Below the pieces are notes generated by a model, which saw only the letters and a list, made by a program, of their open reading frames with translations, did no database searches and was not told the origin of the DNA. The position numbers and the translations under genes are program-made. A stretch of DNA of 64,000 nucleotides from Hydrolagus colliei (Eukaryota). How positions within the stretch are numbered: the stretch's first letter is position 1; the number at the start of each line of letters is the position of its first letter. Shown here one piece after another: positions 13,078-25,530 of this stretch. The stretch spans positions 23,312,001 to 23,376,000 of the forward strand of contig CM068749.1 in NCBI GenBank assembly GCA_035084275.1, given 5' to 3'.

Positions 13078-14415
13078 TTCCTCATTTGTTCAATAGGAAT
13101 TGTCATTATCTTACAGGAGATGTTTCTCAGACTGTTAGGTCAGGTTATTTACCCCTTTCTCTTATGCCTAAGGTGTTATGCAGATGATGCCCTGGGTTTG
13201 TTTTCTCTCTCTCTCTCTCTCTCTCTCATACATAGCAGACTGTCTCTGTTTCATGCTTCCCAGAAAAAATTAAACAACAACAGCAGAATAATCACATTTC
13301 TATATCGCCTTTCACGCGGGAGGACGTCCCAAGGCGCTGAGTTTGGATTTGAGTCGCAGCTCACTGAAGCCGACTTTAGTCAGGTTGGCTTGGGTTGATA
13401 GGTAATGTTGGTTTGGTAGCTAACCTGTTACGACCAGCTCAGACTCAGTTGATTTCGGATGATTTTCCCTGTGGGATACTGACGCCTTCAAATTTAAATC
13501 ACACCCCCCAGGGTCCTTTCCAGTGATGTATTGTTATAACCCCGGTCTTTGCTGTGTTCCATTGTTACACTACTGTTTGACGATGTGAAGGCTGGTTTTC
13601 GAGTCAGCAACCAAGAGAGGTTTGTTTAAACCCCACACAGTACAGAGGCAGGCAAGGACAAAAGCAGCCAGAATGCAATTTCTCCCCCAAAACACCAATA
13701 AAAAAAATCTCCTGTTCTTAAACAGGTTTTGACTTATTCAGTCACTGTAAAACAGTAGCTAGTGGCAAGAGACCTGACCTATTGCATCTAATCTGTGCTG
13801 ACTATTCCTTACACCCTGTGGGCTCTCTAGATGAGCACTAACAGCATTCCATGTATTCCTCTCAAGCATTTTCCTGCTGTTGATGTTAAGACAATTTGTG
13901 TATAATTCCCAGTCTCGCTGCGCAATGGGAATAATTCGATGGGAAGAATATCTCCCACCTGGAGATAGAGCCATGTGGTTTATCCACTTCAAGAAAATGT
14001 TACGCGTTTTTGAAAAGGATTGAGATGTAAACTTGGAAATTATAGACCATCTAACTAACATCTGCAGCAGCAAATTGTTTGAGAGGTGAGATTAGAAGCA
14101 ATCCCTCTCTCAAATAAATAACAGTGCTTTTTTTTTACTGCCACTTGCTATATCACCCAGTGAAAGGAGTTATCGCTTAATGAATAGGCTCAGGGCACTA
14201 GCTTTTGATATCAATAGAATAAAAAGCATTTTATCGATCTCGACAGCTAGTGTCGTTTGCAGTTCGGAGTGCTGGGTGGAACACTGGTGATTCTCCATGT
14301 GTTATGTACCAGGACACAACTTGCTTTCACTTAGCAAATGTTAAAGCCTTGACTGCTCAGGGTGAGAAATGCTTTAGTGCTGTGACAATGAGCTCCTCAA
14401 TGAGTATACTCAATA

Positions 14416-14523
14416 TGGAGCTCCTGTAGCACAGGGGTTAGAGCACTCACTCGCCTTACAAGCGTGAGACCTGTGTTCAAATCCAGGCAGGTCAGGGCGA
14501 GACTTTGGGCAAGTTTCCTTACT

Positions 14524-14566
<43 letters not shown>

Positions 14567-14797
14567 ATAATAATTCCTCCCAAAAAACAATAATAATAAA
14601 AATTGTTCATTTCAATCCACGACTGTTTGTGGGGGACGCTGCTGTGCGCAATTGGCTGCCACATTTCGCCCACAAATATACAGTCCATATACAGTCCATT
14701 CACTTTACAGTATATTCTGTGAAGCGCTTTGAGACACAGTCTAGAAGACGTGAAAAGTGCTATATCAAATGCAAGCATTATTATTATTATAATAATT
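14416..14797 (+). mobile_element. tRNA-derived SINE, full length, with expanded (CA)n
   Basis: Head, (CA)n at 14525-14563, tail variant gacacagtctagaagacgtg. Confidence 0.95.
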
Positions 14798-15659
14798 TGT
14801 ACTGGATTGCCATTCGAGGCAAATGCTTTCCTCTTAGACATTTTTTCTGTAAGCAAAGATGAACTTCCCTGTTTGATGTTTCCCAGTTTGATGGGACGTC
14901 CTCTCGACGTGAAAGGCGCTATATAAATGTAAGTTTTGATTGATTGATGTCCTGGTTTCTCATTGAGATTTCTGGTTGTTGTGTGTGGGTCTGGTTCTCA
15001 AAGCTGCCTATTCCAGGCAAGCGACTTAAGTCATATGTGTCTCAAAATAGGACCTCGTGTAGGAAGATTGAAACATAACCTGACTGCCCCTAGATCCAAA
15101 GTATCAATGGTCGCTCAGATGATTTTCCCTGTGGGATGACAACAGCAATAACTACCTCTCGATCGCATTCGAAGCAATGCTTAACATCCTGCTTTTTCTT
15201 CTTATCTGAAATAACTGTGGGACCAACCCAAAAAATGAATTGCTTATCATATTCAAGGTGCAAGTCAATTCATTTTTTAGTGCCAACTTTATGTGAGTCT
15301 TCCAACAGAATCGGGTTGCGTAGGTTAGAAACAGGACCATGTCTTTAACAATCAATACCTGTATAATTATACAAATCTGTTAATCATTTAACATTCGGAC
15401 TTGCCACAAGTCTGGATTTAGATTTCATGCGTGCAAACCTTTAACCCTTTTAAAACGCCAGTCACTTCATTTGCTGACAATTTTATAATGTTCCGTTCAG
15501 AAGGGTCAGGAGCTCTGTAATGTGACGGGGTTACATTTAAATCTGTGCGTCTGAATGGCCCTGTTCTTGGATTGCTTCATTGAAAATAATTTGAGTTCCT
15601 CAGAAAGCGATGCTGCGCAAAATGTTTCTTGCCTGAGATTCTGAGGTGGCCCTGGACAG

Positions 15660-15878
15660 AATAATAATAATCCCTCAAACAAACCCCCCCCAATAATAAA
15701 ACCAGTCATCTCAACCCACCACCACCTTTTGGGGGGATGTCGCTGTGCGCAATTGGCTGCCGGGTTTCGCTCACAAATATACAGTCAATTCACTTTATGG
15801 TATATTCTGTGAAGCGCTTTGAGACACAGTATAGAAGACGTGAAAAGTGCTATATCAAATGCAAGGATTATTATTACG
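15660..15878 (+). mobile_element. SINE, 5'-truncated
   Basis: Begins at taataatccctc, with central domain and tail present. Confidence 0.85.
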
Positions 15879-17389
15879 GGATATTATTATTCTCTTAATT
15901 TACAGTACAATTATTTTGAAACTTATTGGAGGGGGATAGACAATAAGGGGCTTCAGAATAACTGACATGTAAATACATTTCACATCTCAATGAGCTTAAC
16001 TCCCACACTACATTCATGAACGCCAAACAACTTGATCTTCTCCTCTGCCCCGAAAAAACATTCTGTTCCTCACTTTTTAACATTAATTGCTGCTGTATTA
16101 AATGCAACCTGCGCATGCAATGCTCTCCCAAGTAGTCGGAAACCAAAATTACGTTTCCTGCACCTAAGTTAAATTTTTTTAACTCTAGAAGTTAATTTCC
16201 AGTTTCCCCTATGTTCGTTCGGCGCAATTTCACACAGGCCTTGGCCTTTCCTAACTGAGTTACTGAGGAAGCTTTTTAAAGACTCGATTGACTTCCATAT
16301 TTGTTTTGTTTGGTAAACTCCACCGATTGTGCATTCCCCCTCTCCAATCTGAGATATTAAAGTTTGCTTTTGAAACGGTAGCGGTTGTGACCTCATATTA
16401 CTGTGCGACTAAAACCCGATCGGAGGCCTTTGAACGTAAAAGGAAATTCAGATTGATTGCAGCAACAAATCATAAGGTGTCAAATGACCATTGTTGAGGC
16501 AGTTGAGGATTACATCATGGCTTCTAGTCAATTTAGTAACCTGTTTATTACCTCCACACCAACTTTTACAAGATGATAAATGCTTTTTTGTTTTCCAATT
16601 GTATTTTAACATTTGAATTTGAACTAAGTGACAGGAAACATTCCCGGGTGGACTTAATGCATTACTCAGTGTCATTATGGCATTTTCCAATATAGGAGAT
16701 CTGTTTTGGTTTAGAATGTCACCAATTTAGTGTCCACATGCATGTAGAAATTTCACTTGAATGCAAACCTAAGCGGGGAAGAAATTCTCCTGAAATGCAT
16801 ATTTCAAAGCACACACAATTTAATTAAATGTTCCATCAGGGCTTCTTGCTTGATTTCACCACGAATGTCAGAAACCATGTTATCTCCTGCCTTCCTTAAT
16901 GACGCAGTGGTCTCGCTCTGTATTTCAGAACGCTTGAAAATCATCTTTTCATTTCTGAAGATACTGAAAGGTCCCCATTGGGGTTTACAGGAATTCCTGT
17001 ATTTCCCTTGCAAATTGCGTGTGATTTGTAACATTTGAATTTTAGAGAAAGGAGTTCATTTTCATGAATTGCAGTCAGTGTGGCTGCTGATTAGATGCAG
17101 GTCGGGCAGAGAAGGACAAATGCAAAGTTTCTGCGTTTGGTAAAGTTCCTGAAAATATTACAAGTCTTTTTTCATGACAGAAATACTCTCACACTCACTA
17201 TTAAATATACTTATTAAGTGTAGGTAGATACCTCTGTATACATACATTGTAAGATGCTACAGTTATCCTTGAATACAGAGCAAATTTTCCATTAAGAAGC
17301 ATTAAGTGCTATATTTGATTTTACATTTGAAAACAACACCACACACACACACACACACACGGAAACCCATCACCGTGATCAGCCGGGTA

Positions 17390-17526
17390 TTATATTATTA
17401 TATTAAAGGCGCTATACAAATGTAATTTTGTTGTTCTTATTATATTCTTATTATGTTATAATATTATTACATTATTATATTATTCTTATTTTATTATATT
17501 ATGTTCCAATATATTATTATATTATT
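17390..17526. repeat. AT-rich low-complexity (TTATA)-like tract
   Basis: Degenerate tattatatta repeats containing an L2 tail remnant (aaaggcgctatacaaatgtaattttgttg). Confidence 0.7.
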
Positions 17527-17529
17527 GCT

Positions 17530-17810
17530 GTGGAGTCCCGTAGCTCAGTGGTTAGAGCACTTGCCTTACAAGTGAGAGACCTGGGTTCAATTCCAGGCAG
17601 GGGGTGAAACCTTGGGCAAGTTTCTTTACCCCACATGCCTAATAATAATCCCCCCCCTGAAAAAAACCTATAATAATTTGCACAAATGGCTGCTGCGTTT
17701 CGCCCACCAATATAGAGTCAATTCACTTTTCAGTATATTCTGTGAAACGCTTTGAGACGTCTAGAAGACATGATAAGGGCTATATGAAATGCGAGGATTA
17801 TTATTATTAC
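17530..17810 (+). mobile_element. tRNA-derived SINE, full length
   Basis: A and B boxes plus tail. Confidence 0.9.
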
Positions 17811-19991
17811 ATGGGCTTCATTAATCAGAGAGCAGACAGACGTTGCCCATGAAAATGATACAGTGGTTTCCCCCAAGCTGTCGATACTCAATAGGCCTAT
17901 TTAGGGTGTGACTGGGAGCTGGATTAGGCTCAGTCTCACTCCGCACAATTACCTGTGGTGGAAGCACTTCTGGTTAGTCTCATTGCAATTATGTAGGTAA
18001 AATAATACTGTCCTTTCCGCAGACTCTCCCTGGTTATCGAACAAATAATTTGCTTGTGAAGGAGGCGTCTTGTGCAAAATCACTTATTTTTGGTGTCTCA
18101 GCTCCTCCTAGTGGCGGAGAAATGTGTGTGTAAACTTCAGCTGCTACAGGAATGTTTGAAACAACAAATAGTTCAGGACTGGACGCGCATCTGGGGAAGA
18201 GTTAGAAGGACAATTGTAAAGATAACAATCTTATTATATTCTGTGAAATATGATGGCTTAGTCCTGTTAGGCTCATGGGATGTTTGTGGAATAGAATTGG
18301 CCGTAGTTAAATAGTACAGATTGTAATTTTGGACAGATGATTTGGAGTTTTTTTTGTGTGTGTTTGGTTACCTCCAGCGGTATGTTTGTTTGTTTGTTCG
18401 TGTTAAGTTTTTGAGCTCTCTCTTGTCTTTTTCGGGAGGTTTTACATGTGGTTATTTACACTCTTCGGGAGACAAAGTAAATTAGGTCAATCGGTGTAGC
18501 AGCTTGCCACAATCTCATGATAAGTTGTTTCTTCTGAAAGATCGCTAATTGACTCTAGGTTTTTTAAATTAAAAACAAAGCTTGCGCAAAGATGTTTTTC
18601 ACATACCAACATTTTCCTTCGGTTTTCTTTCATTCAGAACTTGAAATGTTCTACTCTAATTTGCCTTGTTTTATGAATGGAATATTGTTTCATGAAACGC
18701 ATCTTAAAAAAATCCATTTTTTCTCTCCCTCTCCCCCCTCTCACACTCTGTAAAGACTAGTTAATTATATTTGAGCCTATATTGAAATATTAGGAGACTA
18801 GCAATCCCAAAGGTAGTGATTTTAGATGGATGTCACTGTAAGAGAGGATAATGGCTACTACAATAGAAGTGAATGACTTCAAATTGCTTCCTGGATCAAA
18901 TGTGTGCTCAGTTCCTATGGTGCTAACTGTTTTAACCCCTGGCCTAACGGGTAGGTTTAAATGAAGGCGCTTTGTTCTTTGTTTGCTTTCGGCCCAAACA
19001 AGGGATCCTCAGGAACAGAGTGGTACACTTATGAATCGTTTTAAGAGTAGCCACTGTGCATATACAATACTGGCTTGATTTATTTCTCAAATGAGAATGA
19101 CGGATCAAATGGTCAACACAAAATGTTACGTCAGTTAGCTGCTCACAGCCTCGAATCTCAAGGAACATAAGAGAACAAGACAGACGCTGGATGAAAAAAG
19201 ACCCAAGATCCATCTAGTTCGACTTCCGCCATCCCGGCGGTCATATACACACATATGTCCCAAATTAGCTATCATCTCCAATGCAGAGAACATACCTTAA
19301 CAGTAGTGTTATCTTTGGGGGGAATGTAATTTTCAGCTAGCTTTATTTTAGTCGACTAAAATAAGTTCAAAAAGTATCTGGTTGTTGCAATAGGAGCTGG
19401 TAACCAATTTGGATCTTAACTTGCAAATCTGAAGCGCTTTGAGACATCTCGAAGACATGATAATACGCTATATCAAATGCAAGCAGTGTTATTGTTAGAA
19501 CTTCGAACAGTCAGGAACAGCGTTAGAATATCACACCTGTTTTTTTACAACTTTGTGTACTTTTTTCATTATATTTTTCATCTTTTGACATCAGACTGCC
19601 TTACCTTTCACATAGGATTCCTAGAAACGTTTGCTTGTACAAATGTACCTTTGTATTTGCACAAAAACATTCAGAAATATCCCAACAACAAAAGAAAAAC
19701 TCAAATGGAATCATTTTGCCATAATGCAGGGTGACCAAAAAGCCGTGATATCTACCCTAGTTTTTTTAAAAAACACGCACAAAAATATATCATTTCATTT
19801 TAAGACTTATTAGACATTGTGATGGTATCATGACTCGTTGGTCACCAAAATATATATAATGTATATATGCATATTATATATATATATATAATATACGAAA
19901 GCATTCCTGAATCTGTAGCTAGTTCTGAATTTTTTTTAAAGCATTCTTCAAAATTATTCATTTTTAAAAAAAACACTCTTGTTTTACTTAG

Positions 19992-20066
19992 GACTCCTAC
20001 TCGATGCCCCTCACATCAATTCAATGTTGGCACGTCCACTGTGAGGAATGCTGGCTGAGAACACTG
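19992..20066 (+). CDS. RNF220: RNF220 penultimate coding exon (RING core)
   Basis: Acceptor gttttacttag at 19991, donor gtaaga at 20067. 75 nt, phase 0 to 0. Translates to DSYSMPLTSIQCWHVHCEECWLRTL, in frame with both neighbouring exons. Confidence 0.98.
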
Positions 20067-20940
20067 GTAAGAATCTGCTTCCATTTCTTCATTTCCTTTC
20101 TCTCTCTCTCTCTTTCCCTCTCTCTTTCTTTCTCTCTATCGCTCTCTTTTTTTTTCCTCGTTCTGGCCTTATAGTGCCTTCAGGGGGAAATGTTCTAATC
20201 TGTTCAAACATTGCAGTACAGAAGGAAGCAATTAATAAGAAAATGCTCATCTGTTTCGCAGCCAGACTTTTCCAATACACAATTTATTATATAAACACTT
20301 TCACGACATCCTTTAAAATTTGCTTGCTGTGGCGGCTTGTTACTAATGTTACCATTAAACCATACCCCGAAGACAGCAATAAAGTTGGAATGCTAGGGCC
20401 CTTGCATCTTTAATCAAAGTGAATGCGTGTAATCTCGTTACTCCGGTCTCTTTTTTTTATGAAACTCGCAGAGTTTTACATGGCAGCTGTGTGTGTGTGT
20501 GTGTGTGTTTGTTTGTGTGTGCATGCGTGCAAATAGAATACTCATGCAGGTTATTCTCATTAAGTCTGCTTTGTTTTATCATAGAAAGATTTGTTTTTTG
20601 CTTTGCCAGTTGAGGATGCAGCGGGGGAAATTGCTCCACGGTTACATAACTTAGATCATGTAACTCTATAATTGCTGCCGTGGAAGATTGCAGTAGGGAT
20701 TTTTTTTTGCTTTTCTACGCGTGCTGCCACAGTCCTAAGTAGGGTTTGAAATATGAAACACTAATGAACCAAAAGGCATACATTTATTGTGGGGTTTAAG
20801 CACACCAGGGTTGAGATAAGTTTATTGCTGCAATTAAGATACTCTTTTAGATTTTGATTAAACATTTCCTTACTTGTAATCATTGCTTACCCCGACATTG
20901 ACGGGTGGGGTGGTGGTGGGTGCAATGTATTCTCTCTTCA

Positions 20941-21270
20941 CTCCTGTAGCTCAGTGGTTAGAGCATTCGCCTTACAAGCATGAGACCCATGTTCGAATCC
21001 AGGCAGATCAGGGCGAAACCTTGGGCAAGTTTCCTTACTCCACTCACACGCCTAATAGTAATCTTTCCAAAAAAAAAACACAATAATAAAAATTGGTCAT
21101 TTTCAATCCTCGACTATTTGGGGACGCTGCTGTGCGTAATTAGCTGCCGTGTTTCGTCCACAAATGTACAGTCAATTCACTTTACAGTCTATTCTGTGAA
21201 GCGCTTTGAGACGTCGATAAGATGTGAAAAGCTCTATATCAAATGCAATTATTATTATCATTATTATTAT
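20941..21270 (+). mobile_element. tRNA-derived SINE, full length
   Basis: A and B boxes plus tail ending in (TTA)n. Confidence 0.95.
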
Positions 21271-23139
21271 TTTGCAGTTCATTTTCTTTAGATTTTCCCA
21301 CAGCACACATGTAACTGAGGCTTTCAGATTTGCAGTGTTCTGCACTGTACTCTTCACACTTCACTCCCCACCTCCCAATAGATCAGAAATCTGAAAGACT
21401 CATAATCTGCTTTGAGTCCAGTTTAATGTACCAGTTGGTGTTTTGGGTGATGTCTAGTCTGAACGTAGCGTCCACTGAGAGGTATTATCTGGCCTGGAAC
21501 ATTAGGGGTGGGAGGTTTGATTTGGGGCAAACTTTGATCCCGCCACATGGAGTATCCAAATGATTCCACCACCACCACCACCAACAACAACAACTCGTAT
21601 TTATATAGTGCCCTCCACCCTGGACGGTGCCTCAGAGCTTCCCAGAGCTCCTGCTTAATGTTATTTTTCTTCATGTTATCATTAATCGCTGTGTCTCTGA
21701 CCACCAGTTGTGTTTGTTTGTGTGGCAAAAGAGAAGCAAATCTTGGATCTTGAGTTGAGAGGGGACAAGGTGGTGGCAAATTCCCTTTGTGTCCTGTCCC
21801 TGTGTTTAGCAATGTGGAAACCGGCTTGCCTACAATAATCATAATAATAATCCTTGCATTAGATATAGCGTTTAGTTAAGTGTTTGGGGGAGGTTACCCC
21901 ACGTGAAGTTGTTGTTGTAGTGTGTTAACAACAACCTCAGGGTGCGGAGGAGAGGAGTGAGTTTTAGTCAGCTATTCGATGGTACAGGCAAGCCCGGTGT
22001 GATGTGGGCGGTTGAGTTAAAACGGCACGAGTTTCAAAAGGCTTTCAAAGGGCTTTTTGCATGGCTGGGTATGCGTAATGTATTGAGGGGGCACAGAATA
22101 GTTGTTATTCTAGCCTAGCTGAAGAGCTGTATCTTTTAAGCGGGTATGATATGGAAGTATGTTTCAGTTGGATTTCCTACACTCAGGGTTACAAACCGTT
22201 CGCTTGTGAATAATGCCCCTCACCGTGTAAAGCAGGGTTGGTGGTGTCCGACGCTGCAAAGACTTGCTTGTCAGGCGACCAGCGCAATCAATGGTTTGCG
22301 AGAATACAGTTTGTTCAACAGCCTCGGAGTTGAAGAAGATGCGCAGAAGCAAAATGTTCTCATGAGAATAATAATAATACGAATAAAAATCCTTGCATTG
22401 ATATAGCGCTTTTCACGTCTTCTGGGCGGCTGGATATATAAGAGGTTAAAAACCAAATCTAAGTCGTTAGATTTACACTATGTGTTAAATCACTCCCTGG
22501 TCCTCACTTCTGGACTCTGCTAATTCTCTATACGATAATCCTCACGATAAATGTGCATCAGTACTACAGTATTAATATAATAGTCTGCTATTGCCGTTCA
22601 GAATCTGGATTTAAGAGCAAACGTTTTGTCCCCAGTTTGGTGTGGTATTACCAACGCAATTTGTTGTTGTTGGTGGTGGTCGTAAATTGGCAGCTTCTGG
22701 ACAGATCTCTGCCAGGAGTGGACAGATCTCATTGGTCCATGGTGATTAGGAAGGAGTGTTTGCGTTCCTGCTGTACATTTCTTCAGTTGAGTTATACACA
22801 ATGCATTTACATTTTATTTCTGCTGGAAATGGCCATGTGGTGTACGCTGACAGGGGTTAAACGTTAGACTAGTTTGGTTCTTTTTGTGAACTGTTAGCTC
22901 TTAACTCTTACCAAACTGCCGTGACTGAATGGAAAGGCTGTGGACTCATCATCTAAATGGAGTTTATATAAAGATGGCGTTGTCATTTATACTATTTATT
23001 TTTACCGTTCCTTTTTGTTTAAAAAATGTTTTTGTTTTTCTTTCTGCCATTCCTTTTTGTATGGACAGCCTTGTCTTTCTAAAAGCAAAGTACCCTTTCA
23101 GGGTTTCTTAAGAGTGTAATTTAAAAAATATATTAAAAT

Positions 23140-23415
23140 AAACCTTGCATTGGACATAGTGCTTTTCACGTCTCAAAGTGCTTCACAGATTATACTGTAA
23201 AGTGAATTGACTGTACATATTTGTGGGCGAAACGCGGCTGTCAATTGCACCCAGCAGCGTCCCCCACAAGCAGTCGTGGATTGAAAATGACCAATTTTAT
23301 GATTGCTTTTTTTATTTGAGGGATTATTATTCGCCGTTTGTGCGTGGAGTAAGGAATCTTGCCCAAGGATTCGCTCTGACCTGCCTGGATTCGAAACACA
23401 GGTCTCACGCTTGTG
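23140..23415 (-). mobile_element. tRNA-derived SINE, near full length
   Basis: Reverse complement from the tail to the anticodon arm. Confidence 0.9.
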
Positions 23416-24156
23416 AGAAACTATTTGTGATCCAGACAACCTTGAGACACTAAACAGGAGGCTGCCATTTGCACTCGCTTTAATCCTCTTAAATAGCAGT
23501 TGCCATCGAGTTAGGAATTTGCCAGTTTGCAGCAAGGAAGACAAGAGCAACGCAGTCTCCCGCAGTCAGACTCAGGGATGGAGTCACTTAATGTTTGACC
23601 ATGTTGGCTTTCTGAGGCAGACAGCAATGTATTATTCAGCTTGCCTGCTGTGCTTCACTAAGTGACATTCTGCTCTACCGTGCGAAATGCTAAAGAAACT
23701 CGGCCGGCTTTGAGATTACACCCCGTTTCTGACCTTTTGATAAAATCCTCATGACTAAATAAACTGAAAGACCATAAATCTATCAAGCTGTTAGTAAAAC
23801 TCGGTTCTTCACTTGTGTGTGTGTATGTGTGTGTGCGAGTGTGTAAAAAAAAGAGCATCCAAAAAGGTAGGCACGTTTAGCTCTGCGGGAGAAGCCGTAT
23901 TTTGTAAGTTCTTGATTTATTAGGAGCTGAACAGTGGAGGTTTTCCCCAATGAGGTATTCTACGGTGGTAATAGGAAGTTCAGCGAGTGGCTAATCCACT
24001 CCCCTGCAGCAACTTGTTTAACCTCGCTGTGCAGAGAGTGGCGAGACGGTATTTAGTTTCAATTAAAAATGGTGAGAGAGAAGCCACTGTGTGTTATTTG
24101 TCAGCCGCATATCCCCTCCCCCCCCCCCCCCACCCCACCCCCACCCCCCCCGCAAC

Positions 24157-24492
24157 AGCTCCTGTAGCTTCAGTGTTAGAGCACTCGCCTTACGAGCGTG
24201 AGATCTGTGTTCAAATTCAGGCAAGTCAGGGAGAAACCTTGGGCAAGTTTCCTTACTCCACACACACACGCACCAATTAATAATCCCTCAAAAAACAACA
24301 CAATAATAAAAATTAGTAATTTCAATCCACAGCTGTTTGTGGGGGACGCTGCTGTACACAATTGGCAGCCGCGTTTCGCCCACAAATATATATACAGACA
24401 ATTCACTTTACAGTATATTCTGTGAAGCGCTTTGAGACATCGATAAGATATGAAAAACCACTATATCAAATGCAAGGATTATTATTATTATT
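24157..24492 (+). mobile_element. tRNA-derived SINE, full length
   Basis: Head, body and tail all present. Confidence 0.95.
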
Positions 24493-24859
24493 GTTAACAG
24501 GCCCTCGCGATACAATCAAATTAAACGTGACTTCTGTAAAGTATGTGAGAGGTCCTGGTGGACTGTGTAACTCACTGCTGATAGTGTATCCGAGGCCTAC
24601 CACACCAAAGGCCCTTTCTTCCCATTCTAGTCAGGCCAGCTCATACTGGATTGGTATCCTGCTGGTTAAACTCCAGCAATGCCCCCGTGCACACTCACTC
24701 TGGGAGTCTTATGACTTCTTGTCGATCTGTACTGTAATAGTTTTAGAATTAGATAACAACAACAAAACGACACTTATACAACGCCTTTCACGTCAGGAGG
24801 ACGTCCCAAGGTGCTGGACAGTCACTGCTTCAAACCTGAGTGGGGGAGGGGGATTAGGT

Positions 24860-25325
24860 GTTGCCCACGGGTCGATCGAAGAGGATCGAGTTTAAGATCC
24901 TCGTCCTCACCTACAAGGCCTTACACGGCCTTGCCCCATCCTACTTAACCGATCTACTCTCCCCCTACACGCCCAACCGGACCCTCCGTTCAGCAGGACT
25001 TGGCCTGCTCCAAGCCCCCCGCCCGAACCGCCCCACCATCGGAGGCCGGGCCTTCAGTTTCTCCGCTCCCACCTGATGGAATGCCATCCCTCAATCCCTC
25101 CGTTTCGTCTCTTCCCTTTCCTCTTTCAAGGCCGGTTTGAAGACTTTCCTCTTCGATCGTGCCTTTTGTTCCACCCCGAACTCTTTTACCTCCCCTTCGT
25201 GTTTCACCCCTTCCCAATCACTCCCCTCCCAGCTCGGGTCACACGCCTCCTGTTCAGCGCCTTGGGACGTCCTCCCGACGTGAAAGGCGCTCTATAAATG
25301 TAAATTGTTGTTGTTGTTGTTTGTT
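24860..25325 (+). mobile_element. L2-clade LINE, 5'-truncated: ORF2 C-terminus, 3' UTR and (TTG)n tail
   Basis: RIEFKILVLTYKALHGLAPSYLTDLLSPYTPNRTLRS...GGRAFSFSAPT*WNAIPQSLR...FKAGLKTFLF is the typical L2 ORF2 end, with an in-frame stop. A stem-loop tail and (TTG)n follow. Confidence 0.92.
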
Positions 25326-25530
25326 GAGAGTCTCTGAGGAGAGACTTGACAGAGGCCAGAGAGGGGGGAGAGGCGGAGGGACTGCGGGATGGAGTTCCTG
25401 AGGTTGGGGGCAGAGTGGCTGAAGGCTCGCCCGCCCATGGTGGGGTGGGTGGGTCGGAGAACATGGAGCAGGCCAGAGCCTGCTGAGCGGAGGGAGGGGG
25501 GTGCAGATTGGTAAGGGGTTAGGAGGTCAC
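25326..25530 (-). mobile_element. L2 LINE ORF2 fragment, inverted relative to the adjacent copy
   Basis: DLLTPY...SLRSAGSGLLHVLRPTHPTMGGRAFSHSAPNLRNSIPQSLRL on the minus strand. Confidence 0.85.
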
